The notes beneath the pieces were generated by a model. The model was not told the DNA's origin. It worked only from the letters and a program-made list of their open reading frames with translations, and made no database searches. Shown here one piece after another: positions 35,635 through 44,072 of a stretch of 64,000 nucleotides of DNA. This stretch comes from Solirubrobacteraceae bacterium (GTDB lineage: Bacteria; Actinomycetota; Thermoleophilia; Solirubrobacterales; Solirubrobacteraceae). Within the stretch, counting starts at the first letter, position 1, and each line of letters begins with the position of its first letter. Both the position numbers and the translations under genes were made by a program. The stretch covers positions 2,219-66,218 of the forward strand of contig DASZKP010000068.1 of the NCBI GenBank assembly GCA_035553395.1. The letters are read 5' to 3'.

Positions 35635-35644
35635 TCCGCGTCCG

Positions 35645-35845
35645 ATGGCCGTCCCCAAGCAGAAGCAGTCGCACAGTCGAACGACGAAGCGACGCTCACA
35701 GCACAAGATCGTCACGCCGGCGCTCAACGAGTGCCCACGCTGTCACGCGCCTCGCCGGCCGCACCGGGTGTGCGAGTCGTGTGGGACGTACAACGGCGTT
35801 CAGGTCGTCGCGCAGGACGCGCACGACCACGACCACGACCACTAG
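35645..35845 (+). CDS. rpmF: 50S ribosomal protein L32 with an HDHDHDH C-terminal tail
   Basis: MAVPKQKQSHSRTTKRRSQHK...CPRCHAPRRPHRVCESCG. Confidence 0.92.
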   Translation: MAVPKQKQSHSRTTKRRSQHKIVTPALNECPRCHAPRRPHRVCESCGTYNGVQVVAQDAHDHDHDH

Positions 35846-35853
35846 CCACCCGG

Positions 35854-36912
35854 GTGGTCACGACGGTCGCGGTTGACGCGAACGGCGCGGATCTCGGTCC
35901 GGCGGAGGTCGCCGCGGGCGCGCGGCTGGCGGCTGCGGAGGGCGTCCGCGTCCTGTTGTTCGGTCCGGCCGACCTGCTCGGCCCCTCGGGCCGTGGAGTC
36001 GACGTGTTCGACGCCCCGCTGTCGATTGCCAAGGAGCGCGATCCGGTCAGTGCGGCTCGGCGTTCTCCCGAGTCGTCGATCGTTCGCGCGGCCACGGCCG
36101 TCGCCGCCGGCGACGCGCAGGCCCTCGTCAGCGGCGGCTCGACCGGGGCGGCGCTGGCAGCCGGCCTCTTCCAGATCAAGCGGGCGCCGGGGATCCACCG
36201 GCCGGCGCTGGCGGTGCCGGTCCCTGTTCCCGGGCACCCGGTGACGCTGCTGGATGTCGGGGCGAACGCGGACGCGCGGCGGGAGCATCTGGTCCAGTTC
36301 GCGTACATGGGGGCGGCCTTCGCGCACGCCGTGCTCGGGGTCGAGCGACCGCGGGTCGGCCTGCTGTCGAACGGTGGGGAGGCGGAGCGTGGGAGCCAGC
36401 TGGTGCTCGAGGCCCACGAGATCCTCGCCGAGCGGGCGGCGGCCGGGCCGGGGGCGTTCGAGTTCATCGGCAACATCGAGGGGACCGAGGTCCTGACCGG
36501 GGCGGCCGACGTCGTCGTGACCGACGGGATGACCGGCAACATCGCCCTGAAGCTGATCGAGGGGGTCTCGCAGACGGTGCTCGGGGCCGTGCGGGACGCG
36601 GCGATGTCGAGCGGCCGGTCGAAGCTCGGCGGGCTCCTGCTGCGACCGGCGTTGCGGGAGTTCAGGGCGAGCGTGGATCCCGAGCGACAGGGCGGGGCCT
36701 ATCTGCTCGGCCTGCGCCGGCTCGGCGTGCTCCCGCACGGACGATTCGGCCGGGAGGGGATCGCCCAGGCGATCCTCCGGGCGCGGTTGGGCGTTGAGGA
36801 GGATGTCGTCGGACGGACGCACGCGGCGCTCGAGGCGGCCGGCGCGCTGCGCCGGCGCAGCGGGCAGGGCGTGTCCGTGGATAGCGATACCGTGGGGGTT
36901 GCAGATGACTGA
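35854..36912 (+). CDS. plsX: phosphate acyltransferase PlsX
   Basis: VAVDANGADLGP...GGSTGAALAAG...LSNGGE...TDGMTGNIALK; GTG 35854 chosen as the start. Confidence 0.88.
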   Translation: MVTTVAVDANGADLGPAEVAAGARLAAAEGVRVLLFGPADLLGPSGRGVDVFDAPLSIAKERDPVSAARRSPESSIVRAATAVAAGDAQALVSGGSTGAALAAGLFQIKRAPGIHRPALAVPVPVPGHPVTLLDVGANADARREHLVQFAYMGAAFAHAVLGVERPRVGLLSNGGEAERGSQLVLEAHEILAERAAAGPGAFEFIGNIEGTEVLTGAADVVVTDGMTGNIALKLIEGVSQTVLGAVRDAAMSSGRSKLGGLLLRPALREFRASVDPERQGGAYLLGLRRLGVLPHGRFGREGIAQAILRARLGVEEDVVGRTHAALEAAGALRRRSGQGVSVDSDTVGVADD

Positions 36913-36969
36913 CCGAGAAACCTTCCCGGGACCTGGCGCGAGCCGGCGGGCGCGGGCCGAGCGAGCCGG

Positions 36970-37215
36970 ATGACCCACGCCGAGGTATTGAGCCTGATCC
37001 AGGAGCACCTGGGCGACGAGCTCGACGTCGAGCCGTCGGGCATCGAGCCGGGGACGCGGTTCCGTGAGGATCTCGAGGCAGATTCACTGGACCTGTATAC
37101 GCTGGTCCAGGAGCTCGAGGACACCTACGGGGTGGCGATCTCCGACGAGCAGGCCGCGAAGATCCTCACCGTCGGCCAGGCCGTCGATTTCGTTCTCTCT
37201 CACGCCGGCCAGTAG
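36970..37215 (+). CDS. acpP: acyl carrier protein
   Basis: DLEADSLDLYTLVQELEDTYGV, with the phosphopantetheine-Ser motif. Confidence 0.92.
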   Translation: MTHAEVLSLIQEHLGDELDVEPSGIEPGTRFREDLEADSLDLYTLVQELEDTYGVAISDEQAAKILTVGQAVDFVLSHAGQ

Positions 37216-37217
37216 TT

Positions 37218-37898
37218 CTGATCCTTCTACGTCAACTGCTCGAAGAGCTGCCGGAGGATCTCCACCGACAGGTCTTCACGCACGCGTCGTGGACCCAGCG
37301 GCGCAGCGACTCGTATGCGCGGCTGGCTTTCCTCGGCGACAGCGTGCTGTCGCTGGCGGTCACGACGTACCTGTATCCACGGCTCGAGGCCGAGCGGTTC
37401 GGGGCGGGGCGGCTGACGAAGATCCGGGCTCAGGCGGTCTCGGGGGTCTCGTGCCGGGCGGTCGCCGAGCGGCTGGGGGTTCCGGCGCTGCTGCGGGCGG
37501 CGGCGCCGGCCAGCGTCGGCGATGCGGCGGTCGCCCTGGTCGAGACCGAGCGGGTCCTGGCGTCGGTGATCGAGGCGGTGATCGGGGCGTGCTATCTCCA
37601 CGCCGGATACGAGCGGACTGCGGCGGCGGTCGTCGAGGCTTTCACGCACGAGGTCGAGGAGGCCCTCGATCATCCGGTCGACTTCAAGTCGACGCTCCAG
37701 GAGCGCCTGGCGAGGACCGGGGAGACGGTCGGCTACGAGGTCGTCGAGGAGCTCGGGCCGCCCCACGACCGGACCTTCGCGGTCGAGGCCCTGGTCTCCG
37801 GGGTGACGATCGCGAGGGGGTCGGGCCGGAGCAAGAAGCACGCGGAGCAGGAGGCGGCCCGGGCGGCGCTCGACGCGGTGGCGAGCGCGGCGCTGTGA
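37218..37898 (+). CDS. rnc: ribonuclease III; start uncertain (non-canonical)
   Basis: In-frame translation from 37215 gives VLILLRQLLEELPEDLHRQVFTHASW...YARLAFLGDSVLSLAV. The tracked ORF starts at GTG 37344, inside the FLGDSVL signature. dsRBD at the C-terminus. Confidence 0.85.
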   Translation: MILLRQLLEELPEDLHRQVFTHASWTQRRSDSYARLAFLGDSVLSLAVTTYLYPRLEAERFGAGRLTKIRAQAVSGVSCRAVAERLGVPALLRAAAPASVGDAAVALVETERVLASVIEAVIGACYLHAGYERTAAAVVEAFTHEVEEALDHPVDFKSTLQERLARTGETVGYEVVEELGPPHDRTFAVEALVSGVTIARGSGRSKKHAEQEAARAALDAVASAAL

Positions 37899-37950
37899 GT
37901 CGGGGCGGCGTGCGTCGAGGCTGGCTGGGGCCGGGCGGGCGGGTGCGTCG

Positions 37951-40900
37951 GTGTACCTGAAATCCGTGTCGATGCGCGGCTTCAAGTCGTTCCCCGACCG
38001 AACGCGGCTGGAGTTCGGCGAGGGCATCAGCGTCGTCGTGGGTCCGAACGGATCGGGCAAGTCGAACATCACCGACGCGGTGCTGTGGGCGTTGGGCGAG
38101 CAGTCGCCGCTGGCCGTCCGGGGGCAGTCGATGCAGGACGTGATCTTCGCGGGCGGCCGGGGGGTCCAGGCGCGCAGGGAGGCGGAGGTCGAGCTGGTGC
38201 TCGACAACTCCGACGGGACGATCGATCTCCCGGCGAGCGAGCTGTCGATCGTCCGGCGGCTGAACCGGGCGGGGGAGGGCGAGTACCGGATGAACGGGGC
38301 GCGCTGCCGGCTGGTCGACGTGCTCGAGGTCCTGTCGGACACGGGCATCGGCAAGGAGGCCCACTCGGTCGTCTCGCAGGGCCGGGTCGAGGCGATCGTG
38401 ACGTCCAAGCCGCGGGACCGGCGCCTGCTGATCGAGGAGGCGGCCGGTCTCGGCAAGCACCGCAAGCGGCGGCGGCGGGCGCAGCTCAAGCTCGAGCGGA
38501 CGGCCGACAACCTCGAGCGGTCGCTGGACATCGAGCGGGAGGCGCGGGCACGGCTGCGGCCGCTCAAGCGCCAGGCGGAGGCGGCGGCGCTCCACGAGCG
38601 GCTCGAGCTGCAGTCGGGACAGGCGCGGTGGGAGCTATTGCGCGACGAGGTTCGCCTGCGTATGGAGCGGCGGGCGGCGGCCGAGCAGCAGGCGGCGTCG
38701 TCGCGGGCGGCGCGGGCGGCGCTCGAAGCGGAGCTCGCGGGCGTCGCGGCGCGGCGGGAGGCTTCCGAGCAGGCTCTTTCCGAGCGCAGCGCCCGGCGCG
38801 ACGAGATCGCGCGACGGGCGTTCGCGGCGCGGAGCGCCCGAGACCGTGTGGGGATGCGCCACGACCAGGCCCGGCAGCTGGCGGACGGCCTCGGGGAGCG
38901 GGCCGACCGGCGGGCGGTCGAGCTCGGCGGGCTGGAGTCGCAGGAGACCGGGGAGGCGGCATCGGGAGCCGAGCGGATCGCCGAGCTCGAGGCCGGCCTC
39001 ACGGGCCTCGACCACGAGCATCGGGCGACGCTCGAGCGGGAGCTGGCGGCGCTCGACGCCGAGCGGGTGGCGGCCGGGGAGAAGCTCGTGGAGAAGGCGT
39101 CGGCGAGGGCTGCATGCCAGGCGGCGAGCGCGGCCGCGGAGGCGGCCGTCGAGCTTGCGCGAGCGGGCCGGCGGCAGGCCGAGCTGGCGGTCGAGGCGGC
39201 CCGCCGGGAGGCGGCCGGGGTCGGGGCGGAGCTGGCGGCGGTCAATCAGTTCCTGCGCAGCCACGTCGCGGCGTCGGGGCAGCCGAACGCGCTCGAGCAC
39301 GGGCTGGAGGTGCAGGCGGGCTATGAGCTGGCGGTGGCCGCGGCGCTCGGAGGCCGGCTCGCGGCGGCCGTGGTGGCCGATCGGGAGGCCGGGGCGGCGC
39401 TGCTCGACCGGGCTGGGTCCAACGGCGGCCGGGCGGTCGTCGGCCGGGCGGGGATCGTCGGTTCGTCGCCGGCGTCGCCGGGGTCGCCGGGGTCGAATGC
39501 GCCGGTGGAGGCTCGCGGCGGGCCGGCGCCGGGCGCGCGGCGGTTGGCCGAGCTGGTCGGCGGGAAGGCGGACGCGGTCGGCGTGGCCGGGCGGCTGCTG
39601 GCCGACGTGTGGGTGGTCGACGCGCTCGATGCGGTGCCTGAGGATTTCGACGGGATCGCCGTGACGCGGGCGGGTCGGGTGTGGTTCGGTTCGTCGGGCG
39701 AGCTCCGGCAGGTCGCGAGCGGTGGTCGGGAGCGGGCGCTGGAGCAGCGCAACCGGCGGGACGCGCTGATCGGGGTGGCCGAGCGGGCGGCTCAGGCCGA
39801 GCAGGCGGCGCTGGCGGCGGGCGGGGCGTCGCAGAAGGAGCTCGAGGAGCGGCTCGGCGAGCGTGAGGCGGCCGATCGGGCGCTACGGCTGGCCGACCGG
39901 GAGCACGCCGAGGCGCGCGAGCTCGAGCGCCATGCGGGCTGGATGATCGAGCGGCGGCGGGCGACCCCGGAGCAGGGCGAGGCGGCGGTCCGGCGGGCCC
40001 AGCTCGAAGGTGAGCTGGCGGCTGAGCGGCGGGCCCTGGAGCGGGCGGAGCGGGAGCGGGTGGCGAGGGAGCGGCGGATCGTCGTGCTGCGAACCCAGGA
40101 GTCGCGCGACCGGGCGCTTGCGCCGCGGGCGCAACGGGCGGCCGCAGCGCTGGCGAGGCTGGGCGAAGCGCTGGCCGAGGAGCTCGCGAAGCTCGATGCG
40201 GAGTTGGAGGCAGACCGGGAGGCCGGCGTCGGCGTGGCGGCCGAGCTGCGAGCCTGCGCGACGGCCGAGGCCGGCCTTCAGCGCGGCCTGCGGGAGCACG
40301 GGGAGGCCGTGACGGCGGCCGAGGTGCTGGCAGCCCAGTCCCGGGACCGGGCGCACGAGGCTGCGGCCGAGCTCGGCGAGGTCTCCGAGCGCCTGGGGCT
40401 GGCGTCCGAGCCGGGGACCGAGCCGCTGGCCGAGGAGCAGCGGGCGGCACTCGCCGAGCGGATCGAGCGGCTCGGACGGCGGCGAGAGCAGCTGGGGCCG
40501 GTCAATCCGCTGGCGGCCGAGGAGTACGCGGATGCCCTGGAGCGGGTCGAGGAGCTCGAGGGCCAGCGGGTCGACCTGGAGACGGCGCTGCGGGAGCTGC
40601 GGACGTTGATCCGGGATACCGACAGGCAGATCACCGACAGCTTCGATCAGGCGTTTGCGGCGACGGCGGGTAACTTCGAGGAGCTCGTCGGTCAGCTCTT
40701 TCCGGGCGGGCGGGGCCGGCTGCGGCTGGTTCGCGAGGACGCCGGGCCGCGGCCCGCCCCGGCCGGCGAGGCGGGCCGGGCGGCGCCGGACGCCGAGGCT
40801 GGTGCCGAGGCCGAGGCGGCGGCCGAGGAGTCCGTCGGCGAAGGTGAGGCGCCGGACGAGCTGATGGGCGTCGAGATCGAGCTGACGCCGGCCGGCAAGT

Positions 40901-41253
40901 CGATGAAGCGGCTGACGTTGCTGTCGGGGGGCGAGAAGTCGATGACGGCGATCGCCTTCCTGTTCGCGGTCTTCCTGGCCCGGCCGTGCCCGTTCTACAT
41001 CCTCGACGAGGTGGAGGCGGCGCTCGACGACCTGAACATCGACCGGTTCCTGACGTTGCTGCGCCGGCACCGGTCACGGGCGCAGTTCATCGTGGTGACC
41101 CACCAGAAGCGGACGATGGAGGTCGCCGACTGGCTGTACGGTGTCTCGATGGGCGGTGACGGGGTCTCCAAGCTGGTCTCGCGCCGTCTGGAGGATTCGG
41201 GGCTCGACGAGGTCGGAGGGGCTCCGCCGCTGGCGGCGGCCGGGGCGGCATAG
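37951..41253 (+). CDS. smc: chromosome segregation protein SMC
   Basis: FKSFPDRT...VVGPNGSGKSNI head, long coiled coils, hinge, LSGGEKS...YILDEVEAALD. Confidence 0.93.
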   Translation: MYLKSVSMRGFKSFPDRTRLEFGEGISVVVGPNGSGKSNITDAVLWALGEQSPLAVRGQSMQDVIFAGGRGVQARREAEVELVLDNSDGTIDLPASELSIVRRLNRAGEGEYRMNGARCRLVDVLEVLSDTGIGKEAHSVVSQGRVEAIVTSKPRDRRLLIEEAAGLGKHRKRRRRAQLKLERTADNLERSLDIEREARARLRPLKRQAEAAALHERLELQSGQARWELLRDEVRLRMERRAAAEQQAASSRAARAALEAELAGVAARREASEQALSERSARRDEIARRAFAARSARDRVGMRHDQARQLADGLGERADRRAVELGGLESQETGEAASGAERIAELEAGLTGLDHEHRATLERELAALDAERVAAGEKLVEKASARAACQAASAAAEAAVELARAGRRQAELAVEAARREAAGVGAELAAVNQFLRSHVAASGQPNALEHGLEVQAGYELAVAAALGGRLAAAVVADREAGAALLDRAGSNGGRAVVGRAGIVGSSPASPGSPGSNAPVEARGGPAPGARRLAELVGGKADAVGVAGRLLADVWVVDALDAVPEDFDGIAVTRAGRVWFGSSGELRQVASGGRERALEQRNRRDALIGVAERAAQAEQAALAAGGASQKELEERLGEREAADRALRLADREHAEARELERHAGWMIERRRATPEQGEAAVRRAQLEGELAAERRALERAERERVARERRIVVLRTQESRDRALAPRAQRAAAALARLGEALAEELAKLDAELEADREAGVGVAAELRACATAEAGLQRGLREHGEAVTAAEVLAAQSRDRAHEAAAELGEVSERLGLASEPGTEPLAEEQRAALAERIERLGRRREQLGPVNPLAAEEYADALERVEELEGQRVDLETALRELRTLIRDTDRQITDSFDQAFAATAGNFEELVGQLFPGGRGRLRLVREDAGPRPAPAGEAGRAAPDAEAGAEAEAAAEESVGEGEAPDELMGVEIELTPAGKSMKRLTLLSGGEKSMTAIAFLFAVFLARPCPFYILDEVEAALDDLNIDRFLTLLRRHRSRAQFIVVTHQKRTMEVADWLYGVSMGGDGVSKLVSRRLEDSGLDEVGGAPPLAAAGAA

Positions 41254-41262
41254 GAGGTTGGC

Positions 41263-42264
41263 GTGACGCGCGACTGGGCGGATCTGATCATCACGCGTGA
41301 GCCGATCGCGGTCGCGGCCGCGGTCTCAGACGACGACGGGGAGCCGGCGCGGGAGAAGCGCAGCGGGATGTTCCGCCGGCTGCGGGCGAGCCTGCGCACG
41401 ACGCGGGAGGCGCTCGGCAGCGAGCTCGCGGCGACATTGACGGAGACCCTGGAGGCCCACGATTGGGAGGCGCTCGAGGAGGCCCTGATCATGGCCGACG
41501 TGGGCGCGCCGACGACGGCGGCGGTCGTCGCCGAGCTGGAGGACGCGGCCCGGGAGGAGAACCTCGAGGGGCCGGCCCTGCGCGCACGGTTGGCGGAGCT
41601 GCTGGCGGGGATCGCGCGGACCGGTGACGACCGGATCGATCTGCGGCCGCAGCCGACGGTGATCCTTGCGGTCGGGGTCAACGGGACCGGGAAGACGACG
41701 ACGCTCGGTAAGCTGGCCCACCAGCTGCGCCACGAGGCCGGCCTGAGCGTCCTGCTGGGGGCTGCGGACACGTTTCGGGCGGCGGCGACCGAACAGCTCG
41801 AGGGTTGGGCGGAGCGGGCGGGGTGCGAGATCATCACCGGCCGTCCGGGGTCAGATCCTGGAGCGGTCGCCTTCGAGGCGGTCGTCCAGGGCCGGGCGAG
41901 GGGGGTCGATGTCGTGATGATCGATACGGCGGGCCGCCTCCACACGCAGGACGATCTGATGGGCGAGCTGGCGAAGATCCGCCGGGTGATCGCCAAGCAG
42001 CTGGATGGGGCGCCGCATGAGACGCTGTTGACGATCGACGCGACGACAGGGCAGAACGGACTCCGTCAGGCCAAGCTGTTCGCCGAGGCGGTCGAGGTGA
42101 CGGGGATCGTGCTGACGAAGCTCGACGGAACGGCCAAGGGCGGCGTGGCCCTGGGGATCGCCAAGGAGCTCGGAATCCCGGTCAAGCTGATCGGCGTCGG
42201 TGAGAAGGTCGACGACCTCCGGCCGTTCGACGCCGGCGACTTCGCGCGGGCCCTCGTCGGGTAG
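41263..42264 (+). CDS. ftsY: signal recognition particle receptor FtsY
   Basis: VGVNGTGKTTTLGKLA...DTAGRL...TKLDGTAKGG. Confidence 0.9.
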   Translation: MTRDWADLIITREPIAVAAAVSDDDGEPAREKRSGMFRRLRASLRTTREALGSELAATLTETLEAHDWEALEEALIMADVGAPTTAAVVAELEDAAREENLEGPALRARLAELLAGIARTGDDRIDLRPQPTVILAVGVNGTGKTTTLGKLAHQLRHEAGLSVLLGAADTFRAAATEQLEGWAERAGCEIITGRPGSDPGAVAFEAVVQGRARGVDVVMIDTAGRLHTQDDLMGELAKIRRVIAKQLDGAPHETLLTIDATTGQNGLRQAKLFAEAVEVTGIVLTKLDGTAKGGVALGIAKELGIPVKLIGVGEKVDDLRPFDAGDFARALVG

Positions 42265-42284
42265 GACGAACCGGGCGGGGGGCG

Positions 42285-42360
42285 GGCCGAGCGCGGCCCG
42301 CGGCGAGCGCGGCCGGCGGCGAGCGCGGCGGGCGGCGAGCGCGGCGGGCGGCGAGCGCGT
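42285..42360 (+). repeat. 16-nt tandem repeat (~4.5 copies, ggcgagcgcggcgggc) after the ftsY stop
   Basis: Units start at 42302, 42318, 42334 and 42350, with a degenerate copy before them. Confidence 0.85.
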
Positions 42361-42390
42361 TGTGAGGATCGGCGTCGCCGCCGGGGAATG

Positions 42391-42406
42391 TGTGACGAAT
42401 GTCACA
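42391..42406. promoter_or_regulatory. perfect CRP/FNR-type palindrome TGTGA-N6-TCACA
   Basis: tgtgacgaatgtcaca at 42391-42406, overlapping the first ATG (42399) of the downstream ORF. Confidence 0.5.
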
Positions 42407-43478
42407 TAAGGCGGGAGGTGCGGGTAGTAGGTTCGGGCTGCTGGGCGACCCGCCGGGATCAGGCGCACGAGAGCCGGCCGGACGGGTCGCACCGACCATG
42501 GACGCAAGGAGCACAGTGACCGTCATCGTCGCAACCGATCCGGATTTCGTATTCGCAGGTCTGCCGGAGGCCGAGGAGGCGCCGGGTGCGACGGCTGTCG
42601 CAGCCAGGGCGGCGAACCCGCTTGGGCCGTTGGCGGCGTTGGCCGGCACGTGGAGTGGGCACGGCTTCAACACGATCTGGCGGCCGCACTTTCCGGCAAG
42701 TCGGCAGGACCGGTTCCTGGAGTTGAATCTGACGACCGAGACGCTGGTCTTCGCGCCGATCAAGGGGGCGATCCCGAATCGGGGACTGGTGATGGCGGAC
42801 ATCAGCATGTTCGGTCTGACGTACATGCAGCAGATCGCCGAGACGAAGACCAAGGCCGGGCTGCACATCGAGCCGGGGATCTGGGCCACCGTGCCGAAGA
42901 CGACGAATCCGAGCGAGGGGGCGAGCGTGGTGCGGATGGCTTCGATCCCGCATGGGACGGTGATCCTGGCTCAGGGATCATCCGATGTCGTGGCCGGCGG
43001 TCCGCAGATCCAGGACAACAACATCATCCCGTTCGCGATCGGGGGCACGCCACCGGCGAACTCGGATTTCGCGTCGGCCGAGGCGACGTTCACCGAGCTA
43101 GACCTGGCGACGCCGAGCAGCTTCAGGTTCGCGTCGCCGGGGGTGACGCAGGCGATGGTCGAGAACCCCAACGGGGTCCTCAAGGCGGCGATCCAGGGGC
43201 AGACGATCACGAGCACGACGGTGCTCAAGGTCTCGACGGCGCATACGCCGGTGAAGGGCGGCGGAACGGCGAACACGGCCTTCCTCGCGTCGGCATCCAA
43301 CCCGCCGGGCGGGAACGCGAACGCCGTGGAGGTGGACGCGATCTTCTGGATCGAGACCGTGAAGGGGACGGCCGGCAAGCCGGACACGCTCCAGTTGCAG
43401 TACACGCAGGTGGTCCAGCTCGACTTCAACGGTCTGCGGTGGCCGCACGTGACGGTCGCGACGCTGCACAAGCACTGA
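42399..43478 (+). CDS. hypothetical protein, possibly a nitrobindin/calycin-like beta-barrel; start uncertain (alternative ATG 42498)
   Basis: LAALAGTWSGHGFNTIWRP... resembles the LxGxWxGxG start of DUF1794-type barrels. T/N/I-rich composition, visibly lower GC than the neighbours. Confidence 0.6.
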   Translation: MSHKAGGAGSRFGLLGDPPGSGAREPAGRVAPTMDARSTVTVIVATDPDFVFAGLPEAEEAPGATAVAARAANPLGPLAALAGTWSGHGFNTIWRPHFPASRQDRFLELNLTTETLVFAPIKGAIPNRGLVMADISMFGLTYMQQIAETKTKAGLHIEPGIWATVPKTTNPSEGASVVRMASIPHGTVILAQGSSDVVAGGPQIQDNNIIPFAIGGTPPANSDFASAEATFTELDLATPSSFRFASPGVTQAMVENPNGVLKAAIQGQTITSTTVLKVSTAHTPVKGGGTANTAFLASASNPPGGNANAVEVDAIFWIETVKGTAGKPDTLQLQYTQVVQLDFNGLRWPHVTVATLHKH

Positions 43479-43503
43479 GCGGGGGTCCTCGGCCTGAGCC
43501 GAC

Positions 43504-43547
43504 GGGCGCCGGGGGCGCCGGGGGCGCCGGGGGCGGCCGGGGGCGCG
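43504..43547 (+). repeat. 9-nt tandem repeat giving four G5 tracts (GGGGGCGCC x4)
   Basis: G5 runs at 43511-15, 43520-24, 43529-33 and 43539-43. Confidence 0.85.
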
Positions 43548-43605
43548 TCCCGGATGAGTGGCTGGGAGCGGCCGGAGTTCGGTCGGCGGGCGACGGCGGT
43601 TGCGC

Positions 43606-43611
43606 GATACT
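43606..43611 (+). promoter_or_regulatory. -10-like box GATACT, 6 nt upstream of the nfeD ATG
   Basis: GATACT, then ggtgct, then ATG 43618. Confidence 0.35.
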
Positions 43612-43617
43612 GGTGCT

Positions 43618-44049
43618 ATGGAGCCGTGGACGCTATGGATCATCTTCGCGATCGCATTGGGTCTGGGCGAGCTCCACAGCAACGGCTTCTTCGTGGCGCC
43701 GTTCGCGATCGGGGCGGCGCTCGCGGCGGTCGTCAGCCTGGCGGGGCTTGGTCTGGCGATCGCGGTGGCGATCTTCCTGGCGGGTTCGCTGCTGTCGCTC
43801 GGGCTGCTGAGGCCGCTGGCGATGCGCCACCGGCGGGTTCCGCCGTTGATCCGGACGGGCACGGCGGCGCTGATCGGGCGGCACGCGGTCGTCGTCGAGC
43901 GGATCGCGAACGGCGAGGGGGTCGGGTGCGTGAAGATCGGCGGCGAGGTGTGGACGGCGCGAAGCTATGAGGACGACGGCGTGATCGAGGCCGGCGCGCA
44001 GGTCGAGGTCGTCGAGATCAGGGGCGCGACAGCGCTCGTCCTGGAGTGA
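43618..44049 (+). CDS. nfeD: NfeD family membrane protein
   Basis: Three hydrophobic helices, then the OB-fold tail GRHAVVVERI...GCVKIGGEVWTARS. Confidence 0.85.
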   Translation: MEPWTLWIIFAIALGLGELHSNGFFVAPFAIGAALAAVVSLAGLGLAIAVAIFLAGSLLSLGLLRPLAMRHRRVPPLIRTGTAALIGRHAVVVERIANGEGVGCVKIGGEVWTARSYEDDGVIEAGAQVEVVEIRGATALVLE

Positions 44050-44072
44050 GTGAAGGGCCGGAGGAGAAGGTC

